From assembly GCF_008831285.2 (NCBI RefSeq), contig NC_045138.2, forward strand, positions 19,158,001 to 19,222,000: DNA of 64,000 nucleotides, written 5' to 3'. The notes under the pieces were generated by a model. The model was not told the DNA's origin. It did not search any database and was given only the letters and a program-made list of their open reading frames with translations. The position numbers and the translations under genes were made by a program. Shown here piece after piece: positions 14,015 to 26,932 of this stretch (position 1 is the first letter of the stretch; every line of letters starts with the position of its first letter). The stretch comes from Nymphaea colorata (lineage: Eukaryota).

Positions 14015-17000
14015 GTTCGGTCTTCCCGAGTTTTTTCGATTCAACTATGCTTCTCATTTTGTATTTTTCTTCAGTTTTGGGATCTTGGTTGTTTTTTTCC
14101 TTTTCTTTCTCGGGTTTTTCTATGGTGTATAATATGATACTTACATTATGTGCATAATGGTCTGTACAAATTACGATCTTCTGTTTTTGGGATTTCTCTA
14201 ATTCCTTGTTTGTTTTCGCTTGGGGTTTGGATTTTTGTGTTTTGTGCAATGTAAACGATATCTTTCTATTTTGTCAGATATAGATTTTGTATCTGTCTAT
14301 GGGTCACAATCAATATTTTTCTTTTGGCTTCTTCTGAGGTGCAGGAACCACGAGTCGTTTATCTGGAAAAATTGGGATGAAATGGGATATCATACTCGTT
14401 CCCTAAGATGTTTTTTTTTTTATCCTGAAAACAGAAAACCGAGGTACGCTGTGATCTTTATTCCCGAGAATTTGAGGTTGAAAATCCGAGATAGCTCTAA
14501 CTGGCTTCACGATTTTAATGAACGTTATCCTGAGAATATGTGTGATTGTGGAAAATTTCATGCACCTTCAAAATACCAAACAGAGATCTTCTAGCTTTTT
14601 GTGTTATCCGGGTAAGTGAATCTTTTAGAAAAAGTCTTCTCGTTTGTTAAATGCTGTTGGTGCGAGAACCACTACTAGTGGGCGGCGGTGGGAAAGTGAA
14701 CTGTGTCACTTTGTCAAACAAACTTTGATGAGAGGGAGAGACACCTTCTCTAAAAGTGTTCACGTTTGAACCACGAATATATTCTCTTATTGGCTGTTTG
14801 GCTATGTATCATAAATTAAAAAACACCAGGATATAAATGAGAAAAATGACCCAAAAATATTAATATAAAAATAAAAACATTCGTGTAGAAAATTGCCCAC
14901 ACATGCCCAATATCTACCCCAAGAGTATTGCATAAATCTGCATTTTTTTTTGTATGACAGAGATAATAACACAATTGTTATTGTTACCAAACAACCCCAT
15001 TAAAGATCATTTCATCTCAAACAAGGTCTTTCAAACAAGGTCTTCCCCTTTGAAAATCAATTTTCATTAAAGGATTAGGGCTCTACTTAAGCACTGGAAT
15101 CCATGACAATCAAACAGATCCTAATTTAATTTATTGAACGAACCTCTAGGTCTTCAAGCACATAAGTATAAAGTCCCATTTAAATATCAAAATAAGGCAA
15201 GTAGAAAACAGTTTTAGATTTTTTTTTTCTTTTACGCAGATACAACATCCCATTTACATATCTTAACCAAATGATTAAAGAGGACTGGTCGATCCAGTGC
15301 TTTGAGTGAGCCGGAAAAACCTACTACTTTGGCATACAGATGAAGCTCTCATCCGACCTCTGGTATCAAATAATTATTGTCTAATGAAACTGTTAGAGTC
15401 AAATTCATAAAACTTGTAACATTCTGTTTCATGAATATACTACAATTTTTTAAAGTAAAATTACTCGATAATAACAATATGTTATAGTTGCCAAAGGGAG
15501 TTTATTTTTAGTGCCTTGTCATTGGTGACCCTTCTCCCTCTCCCTTTTACAGTACAAAAGGTTCACCCTCTTGATAGTTGAAATGAACAACGACGGCCTA
15601 TCAATCTCACCTTAAGTTGTTGGACCAACTCCGTCGTAGACATCGACCCTTGCTTGAAATTGGAACGTAGCGAGGGAGGGATCGATAAACAAAGACGGCG
15701 AGATTTCTACAATCCGGCGGCTAACACTGGGAGGTTCATGTGCACGTACTTTACTATTATAATCATGGTGGCAATATAATAGACATGCATTATGCATCAT
15801 GGGACTTAGGTACAAGATTATAAATGAGAGTAATGGTTGTCTTTTTGGAAGGATTAGATCGTGATGAGCCATGGTTTTGACCAAAGTTTATGAGGCTTTA
15901 GTCATCGATACAGCTTCTGATCGGCCTGTCAATTCTGTCGCCTTGTTTTTCATTTTAAATCATTTAAATCAATCTAAAAATAAAAATATATATGCCCGTA
16001 TTTGCCATGGATAAGTATATATTTACCACCATGTAATGTAAGCAGCTCTCGGGCTCCTTCTCTTCGAGGCAGGTTATTAAAAGTTCTTTGTGAAAATCAG
16101 GTGTTACCAAAATCGAGTTTTACTATACCCAGTTTTATCGTCACTTAAATGCACATGAAATGACTGTTTGCCTTCAAATTTTAAACGATTGTCGGAACTG
16201 CGCCATATAGTGTCTTTTTTTTAAAAAAAATTATACAAATTAAAGTTTGATTAAGTGTTGGACAAAAAATTGCAATTAAATCCTTTGAAAAATGAGTTCA
16301 ACTTTTTTCAGTTCAAATATTTTTTCCACATTAATAAGAATAGAGAAATTTTTCAACAATGTACCATTTGAAATTTTTGTAGTTATAAAGGATGAGATGA
16401 GAAAATCGTGATACATGCATGTGAAAATCAAATGAGTGACTTCGTAATTTTAATTTCATAACTTTTAACTTCCCTCTGTTAATCAACAGTTCATTTCAAA
16501 ATTTTAATACCTTCCTCAGTTACCAATCAATACCCTAATAACCATTTCTTTCTTGAAGCGTTAACATCAATTAATATTAATACGTAAATTTATTTTTTTT
16601 TCTCTATATTAAAAAATCCACATTACCTGTATACGCTAATATGGGACGAATCTTTCTCGTGTCAGCAGAACGACGTTTCGGTAATCTAGAAAAGGAAAAA
16701 TTGATCAAGTAGCATATCAGCATATTTTCCATTTTATTAGTTAAAAATAATTTAATTTTATTAAATTAAGAAATAAAAAAAGGTATATAAACGCGTACTG
16801 GTCTTGAATTGTATTTTCAAGGGCCCCTGCATGATGCATGCATGCATGCTTACCGTGATAAAACAGACTTCAGAGAGGATTGGTAGAACCAGTAAATATA
16901 CTGGTCCTGGCACAATCAGTATGCCAAGATCAAGTTGATCGTCGAAGCTGAAGGCATGCTCCATTAATGGCGATCAATAAATATGACGACGACCCCCGGC

Positions 17001-17624
17001 CATTTCGCGTTTCTGCCTGCCTTCGATGACACTGATGAACAAGACAAGACACGGTTATAGAGTAATTTAATAACGTAAATTTACCATTTCACTTTCGATT
17101 GCGAATTAGGCAAACTTTAATGGCAAAAAAAAAAAATGTATGTTGTCCTCGAACAAAAGTTTAACTAACTTCGTATCCAACTTTCGGAAAGGTTTCGAAC
17201 TTTCAAGTACCTTTCAGACATAGAAAATGAAGTAGCAAGATTGATAATTTAATGGATGACTAGATACATAAAAGTTTGGGGTTGTCGGTGGCCGGTTAAA
17301 TGATTCAAAAGGGTTGGCCAAGGTGACATTCAATGCGTATGAGAGAGAACCAAAAAAAAAGGAAGGGGGCACCCAATAAGTCTGTCCCAAAACTATTCAA
17401 TAACATTCTTCAGCCCAATTCTTAAAGCCATCAAAAGAATAATGCCCACGGCAATTGAAGCCTTCTGCCCAACCAACTATGTTATATTCCGTTTACAAAG
17501 AAAAAGAAGAGAGTTTGTGAAAATGAGCATAAGAAAACGAGAATTGTGTAGTATCATTCCTTTTAAGTTTTAAGAGATGCAAAACTTTTCCAGAAGAAAA
17601 ATATGGTATATGAGATTTTGAAAG

Positions 17625-17707
<83 letters not shown>

Positions 17708-17943
17708 CAAAAAAAATGAGGTGTAGTTCCGAGGAATAATTTTTCTGTGTTTGCAGGTCCAGGTTATAGGTTTGCCAGCTCGTGAAATTGAATAGTAGAT
17801 CATGACTTTCTTTAATTTTATGATTAGATATATCAAAAAAACTAAAAATTACGCAACAGCTAAAATTATATATCTATACAGTATATAATCAATTGCCCCT
17901 ATATTCTAACAAGATCTAGATTGGCTTCTCTTCGTTTTACATT

Positions 17944-18184
17944 CTTAATTTGTTTTCGTGTTGTTTCTTATTCGGCTTCCATTTGCGATTCAAGCCAACA
18001 GTCTTACCGCTCGTTGGAAACTAAGGGGGACAAGGAACTAGAAGCGCAATCATATCCCACAAAGAAAACCAATCCCCTTCTTCAGAACATTATCCCCTGC
18101 CACTTCTTACAGAGTCCCCTCTCCACTTCCATCCTTTTCTCCAAATCGAGCAGTAGAGGGAGATGACGACCCATCTGCTCTTCT
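17944..18184 (+). pseudogene. Truncated duplicate of the FdC1 proximal promoter, 5'UTR and first ~7 codons
   Basis: accaatccccttcttcagaac.ttatcccctgcc.cttcttacagagtc.cctctccacttccatc...gagggagatg.cgaccc.tctgctcttc is shared with 19161-19283; the copy reads MTTHLLF and homology then stops. Confidence 0.8.
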
Positions 18185-19262
18185 GTACATAATAAATTAT
18201 AGGGGTTATTGAATATGCGATCCGGGTTTTCTTAAGTTCTTGATATTTCTAATCATGTCGATGAACTTGGAACGTCTAAAATGTAGAAGAGAGGATATCG
18301 TGGTTTACCGATGTCCCAATCCAATTTCATGAGCTGAGAATCACAGAAGCATGACTTTCAAACTCCCGTCGAAATCCTTCAAATTTGTATGAGTTTTCCT
18401 AATCCTACAGTTCTAAACATTACGAACCCTTTGGTTGAACTCATCAAAAACACCCAAAACAATGAAACTTGGTTGTGAAAAAAATTATGTTTTCGAATAA
18501 CCAAAAACTAAAAATCAGTTATTGAAAGCAGTGCAAAGCATTATTAGAAATATCATGAACCATTGGTAACGCTCCTATAACGCCTATTCTTTAATAACAT
18601 AACAAGGGTCGTCCAAGTCAAATAATGTTTATTGATGCAGTTCATTTAGTCAATTCAAAGGATCCAATTATTGAAAAATTTTACAAAAAACATTCTCAAG
18701 TTTTCACAAGACGATAACACACCACTGTTGATTATACCGTGAAATTGGATTCTGAGCCCCAAATTGGAAAAATAGACGCTCCCAATGTATCAAACGTTGC
18801 CGATGGTTAAGAAACCGTTTACCTTATCAATCGATGTTGAAATCATCTTACATTAACCATGTTATTATTACTAAATCGAAGAAAAAAAAATTAGTTAATT
18901 TTCGTGTTCTTTGTACCAAATTATATATTTTACCATTTACTTTGCTAAATTAAATAAGGAAAATCTAACTCGCCGGGACGACATTCACCGATCAGATCCG
19001 AACAAAGCTAACCATGGTCCAAGCCAACGGTCTCAGAGCACACTGAAACTGAAAGTGGACGGAACACTTACAACTCCGAAGGGCAATCATTTTACACAAA
19101 GAAGAAAAGATACACGACCGTAAATACCAGGCACATACCATGCCCTTTATGTCCCATGTAACCAATCCCCTTCTTCAGAACCTTATCCCCTGCCGCTTCT
19201 TACAGAGTCTCCTCTCCACTTCCATCGTTTCCTCCCAAATCGAGCTGCAGAGAGCGAGGGAG

Positions 19263-19718
19263 ATGGCGACCCGTCTGCTCTTCCAGCCGCTATCTCTGAA
19301 ACCACTCAACCAATCCGCTCCCTTCTCCGCCACCACAACCACCAAGCTGAGGGTGGAGACGAGACGGAGGAGGCCCACCAGGCAGGTAGCGGTCGCGAGC
19401 ACAAAGAACTACAAGGTGACGATCGACCACGAGGGCAAGAGCACGACGCTGGAGGTTGGGGAGGACGAGAGCATACTGGAGAGGGCGCTAGACGAGGGGC
19501 TAGAGGTCCCCCACGACTGCAAGCTCGGGGTATGCATGACCTGTCCCGCGCGCCTCGTCAGCGGCGAGGTCGACCAGAGCGGCGGGATGCTCAGCGACGA
19601 CGTCGTCGAGCGCGGCTACGCGCTTCTTTGCGCCTCCTACCCGCGCTCCGACTGCCACATCCGCACCATCCCTGAGGAGGAGCTCCTCTCCCTTCAGCTC
19701 GTTACCAGCGCAGAGTGA
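19263..19718 (+). CDS. FDC1: Chloroplast ferredoxin C1 (2Fe-2S ferredoxin with C-terminal extension), 151 aa, intronless
   Basis: Ser/Thr/Arg-rich transit-like peptide, then YKVTIDHEG...CKLGVCMTCPARLVSGEVDQSGGMLSDDVVERGYALLCASYPRSDCHI...PEEELLSLQL; CX4CX2C...C cluster ligands; closely matches the recalled Arabidopsis FdC1. Confidence 0.95.
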   Translation: MATRLLFQPLSLKPLNQSAPFSATTTTKLRVETRRRRPTRQVAVASTKNYKVTIDHEGKSTTLEVGEDESILERALDEGLEVPHDCKLGVCMTCPARLVSGEVDQSGGMLSDDVVERGYALLCASYPRSDCHIRTIPEEELLSLQLVTSAE

Positions 19719-22700
19719 ACTTCTCGTCCCTTCCATGGCGACTCGAACCTTCTGAAGTAAACAGTGACGCTTCGCTTGTGGGCTGCACTTTTTTAGTTGT
19801 TACCTTTGATTCTCAGAGAGAGAAACAGAGAGAGCTTTGCTTGTAAATTTTGAAGTTTTGGTTCTTTATCTTCAACAATCAGCAGATCTTTTATCTTGAC
19901 TTTATGTACAACTTGCTGTTACCAAAGCACCTGGTAAACTACAGAGAGATGTTATTGCCCTCTTCCTTTCTTATGAATAATCTATAAATGAAGTCGCATT
20001 GCACATCTCTCTGAAACATGGATGACGTGTGCAATCCACTGTAATCCTCAGAGTGGGAGACCAAAAAGACGTCTGTCTTAATCGAGGAAAGGAAAAGGTA
20101 TGCTTCACGACTCTCGGCGACGGACGATGCCGAAGCATATAAAATAATGAGGAAAAGAGTCCACCAAGATTACTTAAGCTACAAAATGCGATACTAAGAA
20201 CCGCTAGTTAACATAAGCCCTCAAGATTTTACGGTACTTCTTTCCTGGTGATGTTGGTGAAAATCTGAACGGAAATAAGATATTTAGCCCAATTATGTGC
20301 TGCCAATAGAGAATAATACACAAATATACAGTAATTGTTCTAGATCTCGGCTGATGTCAAAGGATCACTTGATACTTGGGACAGGCATGATTCATAGCAG
20401 TTAATTGTCGGCATCCGTTGGACCGTTTCTGAAACCAGATACGACCCTATGGGCTTCAAACTGTATTAGCGATTTACAAATAATTTATATTAAAAATAGC
20501 AATCAATTTCTAATACTGTTTTATTTAGATATCAGCCGGTAGAGGCATATAGCGGCAGATATGGTAAAAGGACGACGCAGCGATTTCTACGTTAATCCAT
20601 GTGAAAGGCTCACCGAACAGTCACTTGGAAAGAAAAAAATAACACTGGAAGAATATGAATAAACAAGGAACGATGGTTTTAATTTTTTAAAAACACAAAG
20701 AATGTCCGAGGAGAAGACAGGAGGATGGAAACAAGACGAGGAAAAGAAACTTTGAAGACAGGAGGATATTCACGTCTCCAGACCCTTCCATCCTCTCTAT
20801 GTGTTTGGATTTTACAAATTTATACGTTTTCCAAAGGAAACGGTCGACGGCGTCAAAGGACACCTCTGACGTTTGAAAAGGAGCCTTTCGTCGATATAGG
20901 TCTGTCCCAGATCCTTTCTTCCACCATTCAAACACACCATCAGTGGCTATATGAAAGGTGGAAATAGAAAAAGCAGAGAGAAGACCACCCATCACACTTC
21001 CCACCACAACGCAAGCGAACCTTCAGTGGGCATTGGGAAGTGGAAATAGGACAAGCACGTAAGAGGAGAGAGCGCCCGCCATTTGATCCTAAACAAGGTA
21101 ATTGATCACCAAGAGCCCCTGCAACAATGTTCTGCAGAATAGATATCTAAAGGGGTTGTACAATTCCCTACACAAACAATGGCACTTGAGAAATAAGCAA
21201 CTGTACCATCTAAAGATTTCTTCTAGAAATCATAGGCAGAGGGGTACACTTTGCGAGAACCATAAACAGGTCCAGCGGAAGTAGTTTCTATTGATGTTTA
21301 ACAACGAGACCTAGCTACTAAGATGAAAAATGAACAAGTACAGGAAGTTGTGAAAGCATGAGAAACATAAAGCAAAATAAAAATATCTGAAAACCAGAAA
21401 TTATATGCATAAAAGCAGACAAACAAATCTGCCTAAAAATCAGAACCCGAACTCGCTTAAGTGCATGTTAAATCATGAGCAAAATCCTGCCTTTTCGTAA
21501 AAGCCCGCCGACGGATTTAAGAACTTTCTTAATCACAGGAAAAGTAATAAGCACAAGAACTTTGTTAAACACAAAAAGTTGTCTTTTCAAAGAACTTTTA
21601 CCATAAAAGACTCATTCTTCCTTAAAAAGGAACAGCTTTTTAAACCTAAAAGAAGGATAAATCTTCTGGACAACACTGAAACAAGAACCGACAAGCCTAA
21701 GCAACCACTCCGAACCATCGCATAGTAGATGATTCGAATATTATAGATGAGCAACACCCCGAGTTCAGTCTAAGTGAAATACATAATACGACATAATATA
21801 GCAGGCATCACAATTTAAAGGCTTGAAGAATCGCAGAAGTGGAATCTCCTCACACCAAAACCGAGATTGACAATCATGATAATAATTTGACCAAATACCT
21901 TCATATGAAGTAGGTTCTTCCAATTTGAGGTCCAATTTCACATTTTGTTCAAATTCATGAAGAATCACGTTCTGTTATTAGATATTAGTATTGAATCTGC
22001 AGGGCTTCAAGAAAAACTTCCCGATGCCCTCCATCAGATATACCTGATCTCGTGGGGAGAATTTGAACTTCAGTCTCCGAATTCTCCACTTTACGACCGT
22101 CAGAATACATGGACAGCATAGCATGCCTTAATGACAGGAAATAAAACTGATGCCACATGCAAATATAGCATGAACTTTTGAAGAAAATGAACAAAAAAGA
22201 AGGAATTCAGTTAACCAAATTTCCCATGATATGGAATTCCAAATCCCAATTCCATAGAATAACCATCCCTCATGATATGTAACCTGGCTGACTTGTAGCT
22301 AGTCAGTTACACAGCTGGACAGACCAATACCACGAGGCATAAAAGGAGCCATTTCCTAGAAATATCTTCAGAAGCTTCAATTAAATTAAAGGATTAAAAC
22401 ACGGCGCCTAATAGGTAAGGTCAACCAGAAGGGAATAAACCATCATGTAGAACTAACTGCCACCAAACTCACATTATTTGACAGCACATGATGAAGAAGC
22501 GAGGCAATCAAATTAGAGCGAGAGGTAAATGCAACTGCCAAATGTGCAAACGGCAGTGTAGGAAGGCAGCTTCAAGCTGGAGGGGAAGATAGTTTACATG
22601 AAACCATAAAGATCAGGACCCAGTACCAAAGCACAAAGAAGAGAATGACTCTATTGGAACGGTGCTAAAATTTTACTAAACCATGCTAGTGGTTCTGACC

Positions 22701-23032
22701 TACAACAGATAAAATCAAGTCTCACAAATGTACTTCAGGTGATCTTACGATGAAACAGAGGGCTGGTTGATGTAGTCCACCACTCAGGGACTTCATTCAC
22801 GAGGATTAATAAACAAAGAAGCAAATAAAGAAAGCCACCCCAGAAAAAACCAACTCACTTAAACCAACTCATGTACCTTTAAAAAGTGCAAGGCTAATCT
22901 GCCATGATATCAATTACTAGTACAAGCATTTCCAGACAAACTTATCTACCCTGAAATATATCTCGTGAAGCTTAGAACAGGGAGCCTTTTTAGTGCTTTT
23001 GGGATCTAGTGGTCCCATCACCAATGTTTGCA

Positions 23033-26000
23033 TCAGTCTGACAGATCAAAATCCCTTCTGCTCTTGATCAAAGCCTTCTTGCGAAGATCAAAGTCGACCT
23101 TTTCCAAGTCAAAAGCAGTACCAATATAACCATAAAGGACACGTTTTTTCTCACCAGTCCGCTCATCCACTTTTACGAGGTCAGGGTTCTTGTCATCATC
23201 ACTGGAACTGGAAGCTTGTACACGTGCCCAGGCTCTGCGCCCATGGTTGTCTTTCTCAAAAAACTCAGCTAGGTGCTCACACTCCTTCAGTCCTGCTGGG
23301 GTAGCAGCAAATTTGACAAGTGTGATACCAAGATGGCCATCCTTGCCATACATGGACTTCGACTTTCCACCACTGAAACCAAGTTCTAGAATACCAAAAT
23401 CATAAAACCCATATTAAACTACAATCAGGTGAAGATGGAAACTGTCCAACTCCCAAGAAGAGACTATCCACAAGAAACGATGCAAAGAGAAGTGTTGACA
23501 AATAGATTCACCTTGTATAACAGATTTACAATGTAAAAGCACAGTTTTATTTCAGTTTCCCATACAGCAGACTGCAGCTGCTGTTTCTGACAACAGCAAG
23601 AGATGATGTTCAGGTTTTTGTGTAAACAGTAAGTACCAAGTACCCATGCACTGAAGACATTCAGAAGAAAGTACACACTTAAGACATGGTATAGTAACAT
23701 ATTACAATTAAACCTTCAACTTCCTCACTAATATATCTTTAAACTACTAGACAACTGGTATAGAATAGCAGAATCCGTTTAAACATGGATGACCAGCCTC
23801 ATACAACATATCTCTGTATATTGTACAGATAGCGAGATAGAATGTCTAACATCTCATATATGAAGACAACAAAAGATGTTCTGCATCAAATGTTCAGGAG
23901 CATATATAGGTAAACCTTACCACCCAGTCACCAGGTTTACAGTTTTTCTTGTCAGACTAAAATAGGATGTGAGCAGGTAAGCATCAGTCAAATCAGAAGT
24001 CTGATCTTACATTTGAGATAGTGTCTGTCGGTCATTAAAATTGATAACAAAGTCACCTTCAACTCATGAACTTAGGGTTCAACACGCAACCTCCATTGTT
24101 CATTAAGAAGGCAAATAGTAACATAACAAGTGGCTACCCATGTTGCATAAGCACGGGTGCGTTATGCAGGTTTGGTGCAAGCGTGGCAATTCCAAAAGAA
24201 CTTGGACGTAGGTTCAGCAAGGGTCATGTAAGCAAAATAATCTTATATATACATATATAAAAGACAATTATAATATTGAGACAATAGACTTGCACCTAGA
24301 AAAGCTAACAGATACCACCATCTATGACTACGTTTTGTTACTACCTTGTATCCTTGTCCGCAGTCTAACCAAATATGCTATTGATTAGTGTCCTACCGAA
24401 TAAAATGTTCAATTACTTTGGACCAGGTTACTAATATATGACCCAAAGAAAAAGGGGAAAAACCGCAGCTACAAAACCATGTCAAAGGAACAGATACAAT
24501 TTTTCCTTGAAGATATCAGGAAGTTACAACTTGCGATATGCAATCAAACACACTCATTTACTTCATCTAAATATAGCTATATCAACTTGATTGTATGACA
24601 TTGCCTAAGACACAAATGGCGCATTACTTTATTCAGTAATACAAGTGATATAATTCATAATAAGCAATCTATTAGCTACTGCATTTATTTACTTCATCTT
24701 AGTACAAGTATAAGAAGAGACAACTTGTAACAAGCAGAACTCTTGTTTCTCATAGGAGCTAATTATGACACCTTGTCCATAGTCTAACCAAATACATGCC
24801 CATTGATTTGTGTCCTACGACATGGAATGCTCAATTATTTTTCCACCAAGTTACTAGAAATGTCGTGACCTGAAGAAGAAAAGTAAAAGACCATGACAAA
24901 AGATAGATACAGCTTTACTCGGTGTTATCTGTGTAAAAGACCATGACAAAGGATAGATACAGCTTTACTCGGTGTTATCTGTATCTTATGACACGCAGCC
25001 ATATCTTACAATGTGTATCCTATACGTCAGAAAAACCTATACAATATGAGCACGATACACAAAATGCATGTGCATCGTGCCTGTGTATCCCAGCCATACA
25101 GGCCATATCTTACGTTCTCTGTTTTTCAAAAAGAGGTCTGATGCCCCTTATAAAGAAATCATTGTCTTAAGGAAGAAATCACAAGCTTGAAGGGATGAGG
25201 ATGAAGATGAAGAAGATAATGATTATTGTATTGATTGACAATAATCATGATTGTTATTTAATCATAAACATTATTTCAATTTCTAATTTGACAGTGAACG
25301 AACAAGGGTTATACATTTTGATGTGATGTAAAACACTCTAAAGTTTAGTCTTTCTTTTGTTAATGTGTCGTTACTTATGAACGATAAATCATGGATCTTC
25401 ATTATGTATGTAATGAATTTTTTTAAATAGAACATATTTTTCTAAATTTTTCTGATTTTTTTCTATTTTCCCATTTTTTATGAATTAAAAAATAAATTTA
25501 AAATATATTTGCAATATGCTTACAATACGTGTTAGTTCGGCCAGACGATACACCTTTTACAACATTGGTTTTACTTCCTTGAGGAGTTCAGGAAGTTACA
25601 ACTTGGGATGTGCAATCTGACACATTCTTTTACTTCAACTAAGATTCTAAATATACCAAAACACTTGCATTACCAACTTGACTGTATGACATTGCCTAAG
25701 ACAGATATCCTGCTTTACTTTCTTGTGTAACACAAGAACCAATAACTTATACTAAGCAATCTATTACCTACTGCAGTCATTTACTTCACCTTAATTCACA
25801 GTGTCACAAAAAACGAAAAAAAACGTGTTTTTTTTCTTGTTCATCTTTTTCATGTCCTTTAATGCCAAACAGTTTTTTTTTCTATTTTTTATCTGCAAGT
25901 CTACTTATTTTTTCATGTTTGTGTTATTAGTTTCTCACCTACTTTATTTTTCCCCCATTTTTAGTTTTCTTAAATTTTTAAAAATTTACCTTAGAAAATA

Positions 26001-26898
26001 TGTTTCAAAATAAAGAATATACATCAACATAAACAAATAAATAACATAGAAAATATATATCAACGGCTCTTCCAGCAGTGTGTTTAAGAAACCTATGAAA
26101 AACATTAAACATATGGACAACCAAGCAGCCCCCTAGTCAGATATGAACATCAATCGAATTTTCGCATCCAAAGAATAGAATAAAAAGTGAGGTGAAAAAA
26201 ATTAAATCAAAGTAAAATTAAGCAGTTTAGATCTACAAGTACCCAAGTGTCAAAGTACCCATTTTGGGTACGGGTACGGCGACACGGGTACGTGGACCTT
26301 ACTGAAGTACCCATGTGACTTAGGTTATAACAAGCCGGACTCTTGTTCCTCAAGGGAACTAGTCATAACTCGTAACATATCAAGTGTCGACATGGTTTGA
26401 GATTAATCATGAATCTAGAATTTTAAGAAAGTTGAATAGCCACATATACCTGAATTTTATACTACCTTGTGCCTTGGTTTGTGAACCATTTCGGGATGTG
26501 AACCAGACTGAAAATGGATGGATCATATCCATTAAAAGGTGTCCTCAAATCAGTTTGGTATAAGCATCAAATAAATGGAAAAAAGAAAGAAAACCATTTT
26601 CTTCCGCATATATCAAACATGATGAGGTCAAAGGCATAAAAATTGCAATGACAGCGGTCATACAAAGATATGGAATGGCCCACATGTGGAAGAAAAAACC
26701 TGGAGATACCTTTACCAGGAGGCTGGGCGGGGTTTTCTCCTCAATGTTCAATTGCGATTTCATATTTCCATGTAACCCCTTCCCTATAAGATTGTGAACT
26801 AAGCACAATGTTGAGATCTGCTGTGTTAGATTTTTATATTTAAACACATGTGTCCTCTTTATATATGTGTGTACTGTGCATATATTTCATTAATATGC

Positions 26899-26932
<34 letters not shown>

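Noticed and set aside
13300..14044. Long alternative-frame and antisense ORFs overlapping OFP
   Set aside because: By-products of GC-rich codon usage; only 13439-14014 carries a domain
19140..19262. In-frame upstream ATG extension of FdC1
   Set aside because: Recalled homologs start at the MAT.. methionine (19263), which has good context; the extension resembles a CT-rich 5'UTR, though its use cannot be excluded
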